Shown here piece after piece: positions 1 through 8,635 of a stretch of DNA of 64,000 nucleotides. The stretch spans positions 53,306 through 117,305 of IMG/VR virus record IMGVR_UViG_3300047299_000067. One strand, given 5' to 3'. Position 1 is the first letter of the stretch. Every line of letters starts with the position of its first letter. The DNA comes from a virus. The position numbers and the translations under genes were made by a program. The notes under the pieces were generated by a model. It saw only the letters and a program-made list of their open reading frames with translations. It was not told the origin of the DNA and searched no databases.

Positions 1-89
1 TCGCCATATGAGAGCCAAGTAGTGCAAGAATACCTAGCATACCAAATGCAACAAAACAAACAAATAAAAAATCAATCATTCTTCGATCC

Positions 90-425
90 TCAACTGTAAT
101 GCACAAATGTCATTAATTTAAATGGTTCATACATAAACTTTTCAAACTCAGGAAACTTAGCAATGAATTCTTTCCTGTATTTGAGTTCAAGTTCTCCGAG
201 CTTTTGAATATCAATCTCAACGAACGTATCTTCCATATCTCCCCAACGAAGATTTCCGCTGTCGTATAGAACATTACCAAAGATCATGTATTCGCCGCAT
301 ATGCTTTCAAGTAAGACAAACGGGGTATCATTGTCATCATATACTTCATCATATGCTTGGGCAAAATCATCGTTCCATTCGGTTTTGACACCGTGCATGG
401 TATAGTAGTGAGTATCGATTCCCAT
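90..425 (-). CDS. hypothetical phage protein
   Basis: 111-aa ORF, co-oriented and abutting neighbours. Confidence 0.6.
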   Translation of the reverse strand: MGIDTHYYTMHGVKTEWNDDFAQAYDEVYDDNDTPFVLLESICGEYMIFGNVLYDSGNLRWGDMEDTFVEIDIQKLGELELKYRKEFIAKFPEFEKFMYEPFKLMTFVHYS

Positions 426-796
426 TATTCTTCAATCCCAAAGTTACGTTTAATCATGGTTGATGATTTTATAGCACCAAGTCTAAACCATTTTGCACGA
501 ATAGCAGTAAAGCTATATTCTGCATTGTTTCCTTGCTCTTGTGCAATATTAGCACACTCTTGGATTAAAAGTTTTGCAAATTCATCTATCGACGTACCGA
601 CGAGTGCAGGGATTAGTTCATTACCGTCTTCGTCTTGTGCAAGACCGCCTACTTCTTCTAGCAACTTTCGAATCTTAGAATCTCTCAATGATTGGTTTCG
701 AACTTTAACAAACGCTTTGTAATCTTCTTGGTTACCGATGCTATAACCAAAGTCGCCTGCATGAATCTCTGCTCCTGCTTTAATGTTTTCGTTCAT
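425..796 (-). CDS. hypothetical protein (MNE[NR]I...FAxLIxxEC...FG[IV]EE family; paralog of 4686-4916)
   Basis: Shares motifs FAKLLIQEC and FGIEE with the ORF at 4686-4916. Confidence 0.6.
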   Translation of the reverse strand: MNENIKAGAEIHAGDFGYSIGNQEDYKAFVKVRNQSLRDSKIRKLLEEVGGLAQDEDGNELIPALVGTSIDEFAKLLIQECANIAQEQGNNAEYSFTAIRAKWFRLGAIKSSTMIKRNFGIEE

Positions 797-797
797 A

Positions 798-1148
798 TTA
801 AATACCAAACTTTAATTTAAATGCAAACGCATCCTCGAGATTCTTAAACCAAATAGTATCATACCCTAACGGTGCGTAAAAGTCTAAACCTCTGAGACAA
901 ATTTCTCGTTGCCAAAGACTGAACTCTGTTCTCATAGTCGGTAACAAACGAGCTGTATGCCATTTGCCTTTTGCACGTTGATAATACTGCTCTAATTCTT
1001 GTCTGGTGATATCTAGCCGGCCGAACACACTTCTAACATACTCGTTATCGCCATATACCACCGACAACACATAAGGACTAAGGGGGACTAAGTTATAGTC
1101 CCCCAAAGTAGCGTGCTTAGTTGCTGACGTCGACGACAAGGTGTGCAT
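798..1148 (-). CDS. hypothetical protein (start uncertain)
   Basis: C-terminal IWFKNLEDAFAFKLKFG, typical of small jumbo-phage ORFs. Confidence 0.5.
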   Translation of the reverse strand: MHTLSSTSATKHATLGDYNLVPLSPYVLSVVYGDNEYVRSVFGRLDITRQELEQYYQRAKGKWHTARLLPTMRTEFSLWQREICLRGLDFYAPLGYDTIWFKNLEDAFAFKLKFGI

Positions 1149-2226
1149 AACGCTTGAAGAAGTCTGGGAAGTTCTTCAGCTTCTTGTGGTCGAATGGCAA
1201 GTTGTAGTTCTTCAACGCTGTATGGGCACCCATGATAACCATTTCTGGTTCAAAGTTATCCATCATAAACTGGATGAAGAACTCGCATTGACTATGCCAT
1301 GTGTCCAACTTACCAGCCTTCTTAGCGTTTTCGTAACCGTCTTTGAGCTCATAGCACATACCGGTAGTCAAAGAGTACATAGCGGACACTTCTTTAACTT
1401 TGAGCTCTTTGACTTTACCTGCCAAGATGTCTGCAGGGTTAGGCAAGTCTGCGGCAATCTTACGATGTGCCATAAACTTGATAGCCAAGCCTTCGCCAAT
1501 ACAACCAGCAACCATATCTGTCTGCTCGTTATCGGTCATCTCGTCATCGATCAAGTCCGATACAAAGCTCCAAGAGCGAGGAGTTGCAAAGCTACGGTCA
1601 TGGACTGTAGGATCAAAATTGTAAAGGTCGCCCTTTGCATAGTTCAAGTAACCAACCACGTCCTGGTGGATACGGTTTTGCAGTGCCCACACGTTCCAGT
1701 CTGCAAAGTCCACGCGAAGTTCAAAGTGAACAAAGCGGTTAGCCAGCGGAGTAGGCATACGATAAGTAACACCTTTGTCTGTCATACGGTTACCTGCCGC
1801 CATAATAACAACGTTATCTGGTAGTTCGTAAGTACCCACCTTGCGGTTAAGAATCAGCTGGTAGGCTGCACTTTGCACGGCAGGAGGAGCACCTGCCAGT
1901 TCGTCCAAGAACAGAACAACAACTGGATGCTGTGCCGCAAATTCTTTAGTAGGCAACTCGCTCGGAGGAGCCCACGACATAGTGTTCTCTTTAGAGTTGT
2001 AATACGGGATACCTTTAATGTCAGTAGGTTCCCACAAGTTCAAACGCACGTCGACAAGTGCGCCGCCCATCTCTTGTGCCAATTGAGCAGCTAGGTCGGA
2101 CTTACCGACGCCTGGAGGACCCCACATGAACACGGGGCGCTTGGCTTTCATTGCACGACGAACCAGTCGCTTTGCTTCGCTAATTTTAACTGTGCGACCT
2201 TCGGTCACTGCATCTTTCTTTGCCAT
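1117..2226 (-). CDS. MoxR-like AAA+ ATPase
   Basis: Walker A GPPGVGKS, Walker B LFLDE, sensor AAGN, PLANRF; RBS AAGGAG upstream. Confidence 0.85.
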   Translation of the reverse strand: MAKKDAVTEGRTVKISEAKRLVRRAMKAKRPVFMWGPPGVGKSDLAAQLAQEMGGALVDVRLNLWEPTDIKGIPYYNSKENTMSWAPPSELPTKEFAAQHPVVVLFLDELAGAPPAVQSAAYQLILNRKVGTYELPDNVVIMAAGNRMTDKGVTYRMPTPLANRFVHFELRVDFADWNVWALQNRIHQDVVGYLNYAKGDLYNFDPTVHDRSFATPRSWSFVSDLIDDEMTDNEQTDMVAGCIGEGLAIKFMAHRKIAADLPNPADILAGKVKELKVKEVSAMYSLTTGMCYELKDGYENAKKAGKLDTWHSQCEFFIQFMMDNFEPEMVIMGAHTALKNYNLPFDHKKLKNFPDFFKRYAHLVVDVSN

Positions 2227-2263
2227 TGCATTTACTCCTTAAAAATGTTTTTGCAATATGTAT

Positions 2264-2292
2264 ATTATACGAGAACGGGGATTTTGTGTCTA
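2264..2292 (-). promoter_or_regulatory. sigma70-type early promoter (TAGACA-17-TATAAT)
   Basis: Near-consensus boxes, 17-bp spacer, upstream of the AAA ATPase. Confidence 0.75.
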
Positions 2293-2294
2293 TT

Positions 2295-2714
2295 TTAGAC
2301 TGTTAATTCGTAAGCAGTATTCCACTTACCAACATTGATGTCGATGTAATGCGAACGATGGAAATAGTCACTTTGAATGTCGCTGTGATCAAAGAAATCA
2401 GGACCTTTCAATGCAGTAACCATCTCTGCCAAAAATTCTTTGGCGTCACCATCGAACTGCTCTTGAAACCAAGAAGTGTTCACATCGATATGGTCACGAG
2501 CAGGACGGAAGTCTTGCGGGTTAGCCATATAACGAGTAGATTCGCTCACTACTCGATTGTAGTTGCCGATGAAGTCAATCTTCCCGGATTTGATGTTCAG
2601 GACCAATGTGCTGTGATTGCGAACAGCGATAGAACCTTTGACGCCGTATTTCTTGCAAATAGCTTTGATTTGCGGTGCCAATTTTGCTTTCATTTCCTGG
2701 GAGACATAAGCCAT
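2295..2714 (-). CDS. hypothetical phage protein
   Basis: MAYVSQEMKAKLA... ORF with AGGAG RBS and its own promoter. Confidence 0.7.
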   Translation of the reverse strand: MAYVSQEMKAKLAPQIKAICKKYGVKGSIAVRNHSTLVLNIKSGKIDFIGNYNRVVSESTRYMANPQDFRPARDHIDVNTSWFQEQFDGDAKEFLAEMVTALKGPDFFDHSDIQSDYFHRSHYIDINVGKWNTAYELTV

Positions 2715-2746
2715 CTTCAACTCCTGTTTTGTTACGCTATGTATCT

Positions 2747-2775
2747 ATTATAACGTAACTTCTATTTTGTGTCAA
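2747..2775 (-). promoter_or_regulatory. sigma70-type early promoter (TTGACA-17-TATAAT)
   Basis: Perfect consensus. Confidence 0.85.
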
Positions 2776-2783
2776 TTAATGGT

Positions 2784-2879
2784 TTAACGCTTTGCCGCCG
2801 TATGGATTAAACCAGTGGGCGTAAAAGTAATTAGGCCACCAGTGGAGCTGGGAATGGGTTTAGGCAAGGCAGTTTGCAT
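2784..2879 (-). CDS. 31-aa micro-ORF MQTALPKPIPSSTGGLITFTPTGLIHTAAKR (not in ORF track)
   Basis: Translated by hand; fills the gap between co-oriented genes. Confidence 0.5.
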   Translation of the reverse strand: MQTALPKPIPSSTGGLITFTPTGLIHTAAKR

Positions 2880-3111
2880 GTAATACTTTTTTGTTAGTTT
2901 GTTTGAACGTAAACTCTCGGTCTACGTAATATTTGATTAGTTCGCGTTGAATCATAGTAAGCAAGTCACCTTGATCGTCATTGACGACAAAACGAACAGG
3001 ACAACGTCCCCACGTGCGGTTCTCGTTGAAATCCGCAAACCACTTGCGATGATCTTTATTTTTTGCGTCAAAGATCACATAAGGACGACCGTGTATCTGT
3101 AGCCTACTCAT
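2860..3111 (-). CDS. hypothetical phage protein
   Basis: 83-aa ORF (RPYVIFDAKNKDHR...WGRCPVRF). Confidence 0.65.
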   Translation of the reverse strand: MSRLQIHGRPYVIFDAKNKDHRKWFADFNENRTWGRCPVRFVVNDDQGDLLTMIQRELIKYYVDREFTFKQTNKKVLHANCLA

Positions 3112-3176
3112 GAAGTATCCTAAAATTAAGGTTAGTGTAAAGTGTGCGGGGGAATTTCACCCCCGTAGTGCAGGGG

Positions 3177-3437
3177 TTACTCGCCTTGAGCGGCGGCAAC
3201 GACATCTTCTGCGGAAGTGTCGGTATCTGCTGGTACTGCAAACAGGTTGTTTGCGCGGGCATAAGCAATGCCTGCTTCCTTAGTCATAGCCTCGGGCAGC
3301 TCGAACAAGTCGACTGCGGTATGACCGTTCTTGACCAAATTCTTAATTCGGGTTGCAAGGTCGTTTGCAAAACGAACTTTGGTCTTGCCGTTAAGGGTAG
3401 AAATACCGATAACCTTAAAAGTTTTACTAGTAGCCAT
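3177..3437 (-). CDS. hypothetical phage protein
   Basis: MATSKTFKVIGISTLNGKTKVRFAND; RBS and upstream promoter. Confidence 0.65.
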   Translation of the reverse strand: MATSKTFKVIGISTLNGKTKVRFANDLATRIKNLVKNGHTAVDLFELPEAMTKEAGIAYARANNLFAVPADTDTSAEDVVAAAQGE

Positions 3438-3501
3438 GTTAATTACCTTTTCTCTCTGTGTGTAAAAATGTATGGATTGCACTATTGCTCACCATACCTC
3501 T

Positions 3502-3530
3502 ATTATGCAGTCAAAACCAATTTGTGTCAA
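3502..3530 (-). promoter_or_regulatory. sigma70-type early promoter (TTGACA-17-CATAAT)
   Basis: Consensus -35, 17-bp spacer. Confidence 0.75.
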
Positions 3531-3669
3531 TATCTTTACGTGCGAACTTTTTACGGTCGTAAACACGTTGATTTTTTTCACTTTTTGGCTTGAACTGCCC
3601 GTCATGAAACAAGAAGTCAGCACGGCGCTTCTGTTTTGGCAGTTTAGCAGTGATAGTTTCTCGTTTCAT
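3511..3669 (-). CDS. small basic protein, possibly ArfA-like (not in ORF track)
   Basis: MKRETITAKLPKQKRRADFLFHDGQFKPKSEKNQRVYDRKKFARKDIDTNWF; GGAGA RBS. Confidence 0.45.
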   Translation of the reverse strand: MKRETITAKLPKQKRRADFLFHDGQFKPKSEKNQRVYDRKKFARKDIDTNWF

Positions 3670-3689
3670 AATTCTCTCCAATTTCAATA

Positions 3690-3718
3690 ATTATATTAGA
3701 TTATTTATTTTGTGTCAA
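3690..3718 (-). promoter_or_regulatory. sigma70-type early promoter (TTGACA-17-TATAAT)
   Basis: Perfect consensus. Confidence 0.85.
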
Positions 3719-3953
3719 ATTTTGATTGGATCTTTTGGATAACCAAACGTGCATCCTTGTAAGGATCTGCGAGTTCTTCTTGGGCTTCGTCGATCATTGC
3801 TAGTGCAAGCAACTTCATCAAACCCTGGGCTAACTCAAGTTCATAGTCGTCCAATGTCTCCATCCAATCCAAATATTCATCTTTGGTTTTAAAATTCCAA
3901 ATAATGTCAAGCATATCAACTTGCTCAGCAGTCAGTCCATCAATTTTAATCAT
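3705..3953 (-). CDS. hypothetical protein
   Basis: 82-aa acidic ORF. Confidence 0.6.
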   Translation of the reverse strand: MIKIDGLTAEQVDMLDIIWNFKTKDEYLDWMETLDDYELELAQGLMKLLALAMIDEAQEELADPYKDARLVIQKIQSKFDTK

Positions 3954-3962
3954 ATTATTCCT

Positions 3963-4358
3963 TTACCAGAAAAAAGGTTCGTGCGTTGTATCTCCACGCA
4001 ATACCATCATTACATCTTCTTCTTCAGTGTATACCAAATTGTGTTCGACTAAAATTTTTCGACGTTCTGCTTCGCCCATTTTAATCCACAAGTCAACGTT
4101 CTTAAAACTTCCGCGGGCAACTTCTGGCATTTCGTTGAACATCCAACTTGCCAATTTTTTAAGTTCTGCGACAGAATTGCCGGGGTGCGAATGTAGCATT
4201 GCTCTGAGATAGTCATTGGCCATTACCGCAGTAAAAAAACTACCTGGCTCAAAACCAAACACCAAATAGTTGTAGACAGGATCTAAATAATCTTTACAAA
4301 TTTCATACTTCGCTAAAGATTCTAGAAAACGATTACGGCTATGCGGAGCTAATTTCAT
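3963..4358 (-). CDS. hypothetical phage protein
   Basis: YNYLVFGFEPGSFFTAVMAND motif; start at MKLAPH. Confidence 0.65.
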   Translation of the reverse strand: MKLAPHSRNRFLESLAKYEICKDYLDPVYNYLVFGFEPGSFFTAVMANDYLRAMLHSHPGNSVAELKKLASWMFNEMPEVARGSFKNVDLWIKMGEAERRKILVEHNLVYTEEEDVMMVLRGDTTHEPFFW

Positions 4359-4359
4359 A

Positions 4360-4689
4360 TTACCACCCAACTTGAATGCCATAGTTTTGATACAACGGGC
4401 CACTACCATCATCTTCTGCAATTCCGCGAGGAACATACTTGTTGCCGTCGTTGCAAACACGGGCACGATAACCCAACTCTACAAGTTTATCAACGACTGC
4501 ACGATCCAATGGTGTGAGTTTATTCTCGACGTATTCGTAGGGACCCACACTACCAATGCAGATGAATGCAAACCGTTTGCCACCTTTTGCGGCATCAATG
4601 ATTTTTTGTTCAACGTGATGTTTGAGATATTCTGTAACCTCTGCACCAGATTCGTCATACAGTTGTTTGGCTTGTTTTGCATCAATCAT
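4360..4689 (-). CDS. hypothetical protein
   Basis: 109-aa ORF overlapping its neighbour by ATGA. Confidence 0.6.
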   Translation of the reverse strand: MIDAKQAKQLYDESGAEVTEYLKHHVEQKIIDAAKGGKRFAFICIGSVGPYEYVENKLTPLDRAVVDKLVELGYRARVCNDGNKYVPRGIAEDDGSGPLYQNYGIQVGW

Positions 4690-4916
4690 TCTTCAACTCC
4701 GAAATGTTTCTTAACCTGTTTACACGCAACATATAGCACATCTTCTGGATCTGGTCCTTCCAACTCAGTCATGTCAGCATTAGCCGCAATATTCAAACAT
4801 TCCCGTACAATCAACTCGGCGAACTTTTCTACATCAAAACCAAGGGATCTCATAGCTGCCTTGTTTATCATGTCATAGCCAGCAACCTTTGCCAATGTTT
4901 CAATTCGTTCGTTCAT
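4686..4916 (-). CDS. hypothetical protein (paralog of 425-796)
   Basis: MNERI...EKFAELIVREC...KHFGVEE. Confidence 0.65.
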   Translation of the reverse strand: MNERIETLAKVAGYDMINKAAMRSLGFDVEKFAELIVRECLNIAANADMTELEGPDPEDVLYVACKQVKKHFGVEE

Positions 4917-5092
4917 ACTGATTCCTCAAAACTTTCCAAATCACAACCTTTAACTTCACACCACACTTTAGTGGGATTTTCCACCAAAGCAAACTGATGC
5001 CAGTAACCGTTCCCGCTGAGATTGTCACCCAGATAGATCAAACGCTCGGGTTGACCTTTCCAATTATAACGACCACCAATAGTAAATTTCAT
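4913..5092 (-). CDS. hypothetical 59-aa protein (not in ORF track)
   Basis: MKFTIGGRYNWKGQPERLIYLG...; ATGA overlaps on both sides. Confidence 0.6.
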   Translation of the reverse strand: MKFTIGGRYNWKGQPERLIYLGDNLSGNGYWHQFALVENPTKVWCEVKGCDLESFEESV

Positions 5093-5295
5093 TCCAATTC
5101 TCCTGTTTGATCATTGACCCGACCAAGGTAGACAGCCTTCTTAGCAATGCCAACAAATTCAGCAATGGCGTTGAATTGTTTAACATATTTCTCTGCTTTT
5201 TTCTGCTTATCAAAGACCACAGGAACAACCCACTTCATAGTTGATTCACCGTTCGCCACGGGGTGGACTTGGACGATGTGTTTGTAGGTGGTCAT
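5089..5295 (-). CDS. hypothetical protein
   Basis: 68-aa ORF in packed cluster. Confidence 0.55.
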   Translation of the reverse strand: MTTYKHIVQVHPVANGESTMKWVVPVVFDKQKKAEKYVKQFNAIAEFVGIAKKAVYLGRVNDQTGELE

Positions 5296-5296
5296 T

Positions 5297-5452
5297 TTAC
5301 GCTTTCGGTTCTACACTAGAAATCTTAACACCCGGAGTGATGTGATAGTTACGAGCAATGGATTTAGCTTGACGAACAGAGTCCGCAAACACGGTACAGC
5401 CCAGACGCTCAGAACCATCTGCATCAGTGATATAAACTTTGTATTCTTTCAT
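5297..5452 (-). CDS. hypothetical protein
   Basis: Start at MKEYKVY. Confidence 0.5.
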   Translation of the reverse strand: MKEYKVYITDADGSERLGCTVFADSVRQAKSIARNYHITPGVKISSVEPKA

Positions 5453-5453
5453 T

Positions 5454-5618
5454 TCAGTTTTCTTCTGTGTAGATTTCGCAAATTTCGTAATGGTTGTCAG
5501 CAAAGTCCAAAGCTTCGTTCTCAGTATCAAAGCGACCAAGTTCCTGTCCGATCCAACGCTCCGGACCAGTGCCATCAATATCAGCGCCCCACTCTACTTG
5601 ATAAACTACGAATTTCAT
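5454..5618 (-). CDS. hypothetical 54-aa protein (not in ORF track)
   Basis: MKFVVYQVEWGADIDG...; fills the gap exactly. Confidence 0.5.
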   Translation of the reverse strand: MKFVVYQVEWGADIDGTGPERWIGQELGRFDTENEALDFADNHYEICEIYTEEN

Positions 5619-5797
5619 TGTGCGGCTTCCTTACGAGTTTTGAACGGGCCTGCGATTTTAGTGAAACCTTCTTGTGCGTGGTATTGAGCCAATGTCAAAC
5701 GACCTTCGATTTGACTTGCATTTTCGGCCCAACGATGCACCGTCTCTGTGCCATCCTGTTTCTGAACCCGGTACCAAACAAAACGCAGATAGCTCAT
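5615..5797 (-). CDS. hypothetical protein
   Basis: Start at MSYLRF with GAGGAG RBS. Confidence 0.55.
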   Translation of the reverse strand: MSYLRFVWYRVQKQDGTETVHRWAENASQIEGRLTLAQYHAQEGFTKIAGPFKTRKEAAQ

Positions 5798-5814
5798 TTT
5801 AAGACTCCTCGCAG

Positions 5815-5958
5815 TTAAACATAGTTCCAGTTCAGCAAATCGTCTTGGACTTGCAGGAAGCCGGCAGTGTATCCTGCACCAACCCAAAACTTTACAGAGC
5901 GATACGTGCGCCCATCTTGTCCTTGCCATTCATTGCTAACAACTTGGTTTTGGGGCAT
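5815..5958 (-). CDS. hypothetical 47-aa protein (not in ORF track)
   Basis: MPQNQVVSNEW...; AGGAG RBS; directly downstream of a promoter. Confidence 0.55.
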   Translation of the reverse strand: MPQNQVVSNEWQGQDGRTYRSVKFWVGAGYTAGFLQVQDDLLNWNYV

Positions 5959-5990
5959 TTCTAACTCCTGTTTTGCTTTGCTATGTATCA

Positions 5991-6019
5991 ATTATAACAT
6001 AGGTGCCAATTTGTGCCAA
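5991..6019 (-). promoter_or_regulatory. sigma70-type early promoter (TTGGCA-17-TATAAT)
   Basis: Same family, with CAAA following the -35 box. Confidence 0.75.
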
Positions 6020-6020
6020 T

Positions 6021-6242
6021 TTAGGAATTGTAGATACCAAAACCGCAAATAATCATAGCCACTAAATTCACAGCACCTTGCGGGTAGTTTTTAGTACGAA
6101 TTGCCCACGTTAAAAACAATGATCCGCCTGAAAAACCTAATACTAAATTAAGCGGAAACAAGTCTTTTCTAAACGACATGATTGCATACATAGAAAGTAT
6201 ACATATTGTCCCTGCCCATTGGATTATTTCGTTTGTTTTCAT
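6021..6242 (-). CDS. small membrane protein
   Basis: Three hydrophobic segments. Confidence 0.6.
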   Translation of the reverse strand: MKTNEIIQWAGTICILSMYAIMSFRKDLFPLNLVLGFSGGSLFLTWAIRTKNYPQGAVNLVAMIICGFGIYNS

Positions 6243-6243
6243 A

Positions 6244-6504
6244 TTATTTTCCCAGTGCTGCTATTAGCAACAGCATTTCTAATTCTGTAATACTTTGATT
6301 TACATTTTCTAGCAGTTCGTTGTACTGCATAGTGGGTGCTCTCTTCATTCGCCGCGCATCTACTTCCATATTACCCAACTTCTTTACTTGGTTGTTAATG
6401 TTAGTAAGCACTCGATTAAGCCTGGGATCGGAAGAAGCGTCCTTACCGATTTTTCGTAATTGAGAACTTACATTTGACCAGTCGAGGCTTGATGTTATAT
6501 GCAT
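6244..6504 (-). CDS. hypothetical coiled-coil protein
   Basis: 86-aa ORF; promoter TTGGCA-17-TATACT at 6511-6539 suggests a leaderless start. Confidence 0.6.
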   Translation of the reverse strand: MHITSSLDWSNVSSQLRKIGKDASSDPRLNRVLTNINNQVKKLGNMEVDARRMKRAPTMQYNELLENVNQSITELEMLLLIAALGK

Positions 6505-6539
6505 ACTGATAGTATAACATCAAGCCTAATTTGTGCCAA

Positions 6540-6851
6540 TTAAACGGGCAATCCGACTAGTGCTGCAACCATAATCATTTCAGGATCGCGGACTCCGATC
6601 CAATAAACTCTCGAACCATTTTGTTTTTTTGAATCACTCCAATGCACTGCCCACGCCGGTTGTTTTCGATGGTTGTTATTTTGATATTTCCACATCCAAT
6701 CTTGAGGACCATATCGATCCTTTAGAAATTGTTCGATAGACATAATATCTTTACTGTTATCACTGTAATTAGGAAAACGCCAAGCATGCGAAAACTTAAG
6801 TTCGCGATATAGTTTATGCCTGCCGTTTAATTTTACTACTTTCTTACTCAT
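6540..6851 (-). CDS. hypothetical protein
   Basis: 103-aa Trp-rich ORF. Confidence 0.6.
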   Translation of the reverse strand: MSKKVVKLNGRHKLYRELKFSHAWRFPNYSDNSKDIMSIEQFLKDRYGPQDWMWKYQNNNHRKQPAWAVHWSDSKKQNGSRVYWIGVRDPEMIMVAALVGLPV

Positions 6852-7046
6852 TTAACTTACTTTTTCGATAGTTGCACGCCAAAAGCATTCATAGCTTCCG
6901 CCTTCTTCCCAATGTTTTGCATACGCTTCTGCTTCTTCGCGGGTCGTAAAAAACTTAGTGTCATCGGGATCGACTCGTTGACCCCATCCTGCTTCGTATT
7001 CTGTGATAGACACTTTGTATACACTGCCCATTTTAACTTCTGCCAT
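6852..7046 (-). CDS. hypothetical protein
   Basis: YKVSITEYEAGWGQR motif. Confidence 0.6.
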   Translation of the reverse strand: MAEVKMGSVYKVSITEYEAGWGQRVDPDDTKFFTTREEAEAYAKHWEEGGSYECFWRATIEKVS

Positions 7047-7056
7047 TATTGTCCTC

Positions 7057-7251
7057 TCAATCTTCCGAAATAGGGTAGTCTTCAATTCGAACGCTACAGT
7101 TGCCACGAGCCACCCTGTATGCTTTGTAATTTTCTGCCAACTCTTTGTCTAAGTAAGTGCGAACTAACTTATACTCGCGATGGTCTTGCCAATCGCTTGT
7201 GAAACCATGTGGTGTAGTGTCTACTACATATACCAAATATACTTTGGACAT
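7057..7251 (-). CDS. hypothetical protein
   Basis: 64-aa ORF with AAGGA RBS. Confidence 0.55.
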   Translation of the reverse strand: MSKVYLVYVVDTTPHGFTSDWQDHREYKLVRTYLDKELAENYKAYRVARGNCSVRIEDYPISED

Positions 7252-7313
7252 TTTTGGTTCCTTTCTGCTGGGTTGGTATAGTTATAATAACATTTTGATA
7301 TTTTTGTGTCAAT

Positions 7314-7337
7314 AAAAAAGGCTACCTTGGTAGCCTT
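7314..7337 (-). terminator. intrinsic terminator
   Basis: AAGGCTAC-CAAG-GTAGCCTT hairpin followed by a T-run on the minus strand. Confidence 0.75.
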
Positions 7338-7356
7338 GTAATGTAATACAAAAGTA

Positions 7357-7554
7357 TTACTTCTTTTCTTCTTTTGCGTCCTTTTTTATTTCTTTCTTTG
7401 CAGGCTTTTCTACCTTTGGCATAGCCTTTGGAGTAGCCGGCACACTGGCTGCACTTGCTGGCTTTTTAACTTCTTCTACTTTTTTAGTAGTGTCTGCGGC
7501 AAATGTTGCAGCGGCAAACATAGCGGCAACGATAAATGTAATAATCTTTTTCAT
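7357..7554 (-). CDS. small secreted Lys/Ala-rich protein
   Basis: Sec signal peptide MKKIITFIVAAMFAAATFA. Confidence 0.65.
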   Translation of the reverse strand: MKKIITFIVAAMFAAATFAADTTKKVEEVKKPASAASVPATPKAMPKVEKPAKKEIKKDAKEEKK

Positions 7555-7586
7555 AGTGTATCCTTTTATGCAATCTCTTGCTGTAA

Positions 7587-8318
7587 TTATTTAACCTTGT
7601 TCAAGTTAATTCTTCGATATTCTTCTTGCCATATCGAATCTTCCATTTGTAGCAATCTCGCCATTTCTCTGCTGGTAATGTGTATTAGCAAGGCTCGACG
7701 AGGAAAGTTGGTGTTATTTGGCATAGTGCTATGAAGTGTACGAGGATGGTAAACTAATACATCTCCCACGGACATCTCCGGCTGCTCTACTCCTGCTAAA
7801 AATTCTTTATTATACTTTCCAGCATAACTATCTTTTACTACCCATCGTGTATTATGACTATTAGGTAGTAATCCGGTTCCTCCGTTTTCTTTCGTAAAGT
7901 TGCAAAGAGGAATAATACACTGCACGCCTAATAGCTCATCACGATCCCACCATTTATCAAACCTATACGGACTATCTATGTGAGGTTTAATAAAATTATT
8001 TCCCGGCTCGTTAGTTATAATGTCTGCAATATAAGATGCAGGATCGTCAAACATACTGCCTAATAGTTCGATTAATTGTTGTGTTATTGCTTGCACTTCT
8101 GGCCAGGCGCTCAATTCCTGGCTCCACCAAATGCCCAAGTCTTGGCACTCGTGTACTCGATCGGCAGGATAATATTTATAGTCCATGCCATGAGCACGAT
8201 GCGGGACTAATAAATCTTCTTTCAAGTTTAATTTAGAAATGCTTGTAGTTGATATTACAGAATTGAATACTGTATATCCTTGATTTGTAAATAAATCTAT
8301 TAGTCTTTGTTTGCCCAT
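7587..8318 (-). CDS. phytanoyl-CoA dioxygenase (PhyH) family 2OG-Fe(II) oxygenase
   Basis: HxD (PHIDS), ENGGT..LPNSH, GDVLVYHPRTLH, RRALL. Confidence 0.85.
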   Translation of the reverse strand: MGKQRLIDLFTNQGYTVFNSVISTTSISKLNLKEDLLVPHRAHGMDYKYYPADRVHECQDLGIWWSQELSAWPEVQAITQQLIELLGSMFDDPASYIADIITNEPGNNFIKPHIDSPYRFDKWWDRDELLGVQCIIPLCNFTKENGGTGLLPNSHNTRWVVKDSYAGKYNKEFLAGVEQPEMSVGDVLVYHPRTLHSTMPNNTNFPRRALLIHITSREMARLLQMEDSIWQEEYRRINLNKVK

Positions 8319-8635
8319 AAATTGATATCACCTTGATATAAACTAAATTCAAACGCATCCATTTCACTAAACAGAACTAGCTTTTTCTTACTCAAATAAT
8401 AAGGCCATTCCATTTTACTATCTAACATTAATAATGTTTTGTTCGCTACAACATAATTGTCGGGTAGTTTTATGGCATAACTTTTCCATAAAAAACTAGC
8501 CAAATCGAAACCTAAGCCAGTAAAACGAGTGCCTTTTGCGTTTTTGTATATACCAAAAAATGTCAAAGGTTTATCAACACTTGTTTGTATAGCGTTGAAA
8601 ACTTTTTTACTTATTTGTTCTTTTGTTAAGGTCAT
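8300..8635 (-). CDS. hypothetical phage protein
   Basis: 111-aa ORF. Confidence 0.6.
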   Translation of the reverse strand: MTLTKEQISKKVFNAIQTSVDKPLTFFGIYKNAKGTRFTGLGFDLASFLWKSYAIKLPDNYVVANKTLLMLDSKMEWPYYLSKKKLVLFSEMDAFEFSLYQGDINLWANKD

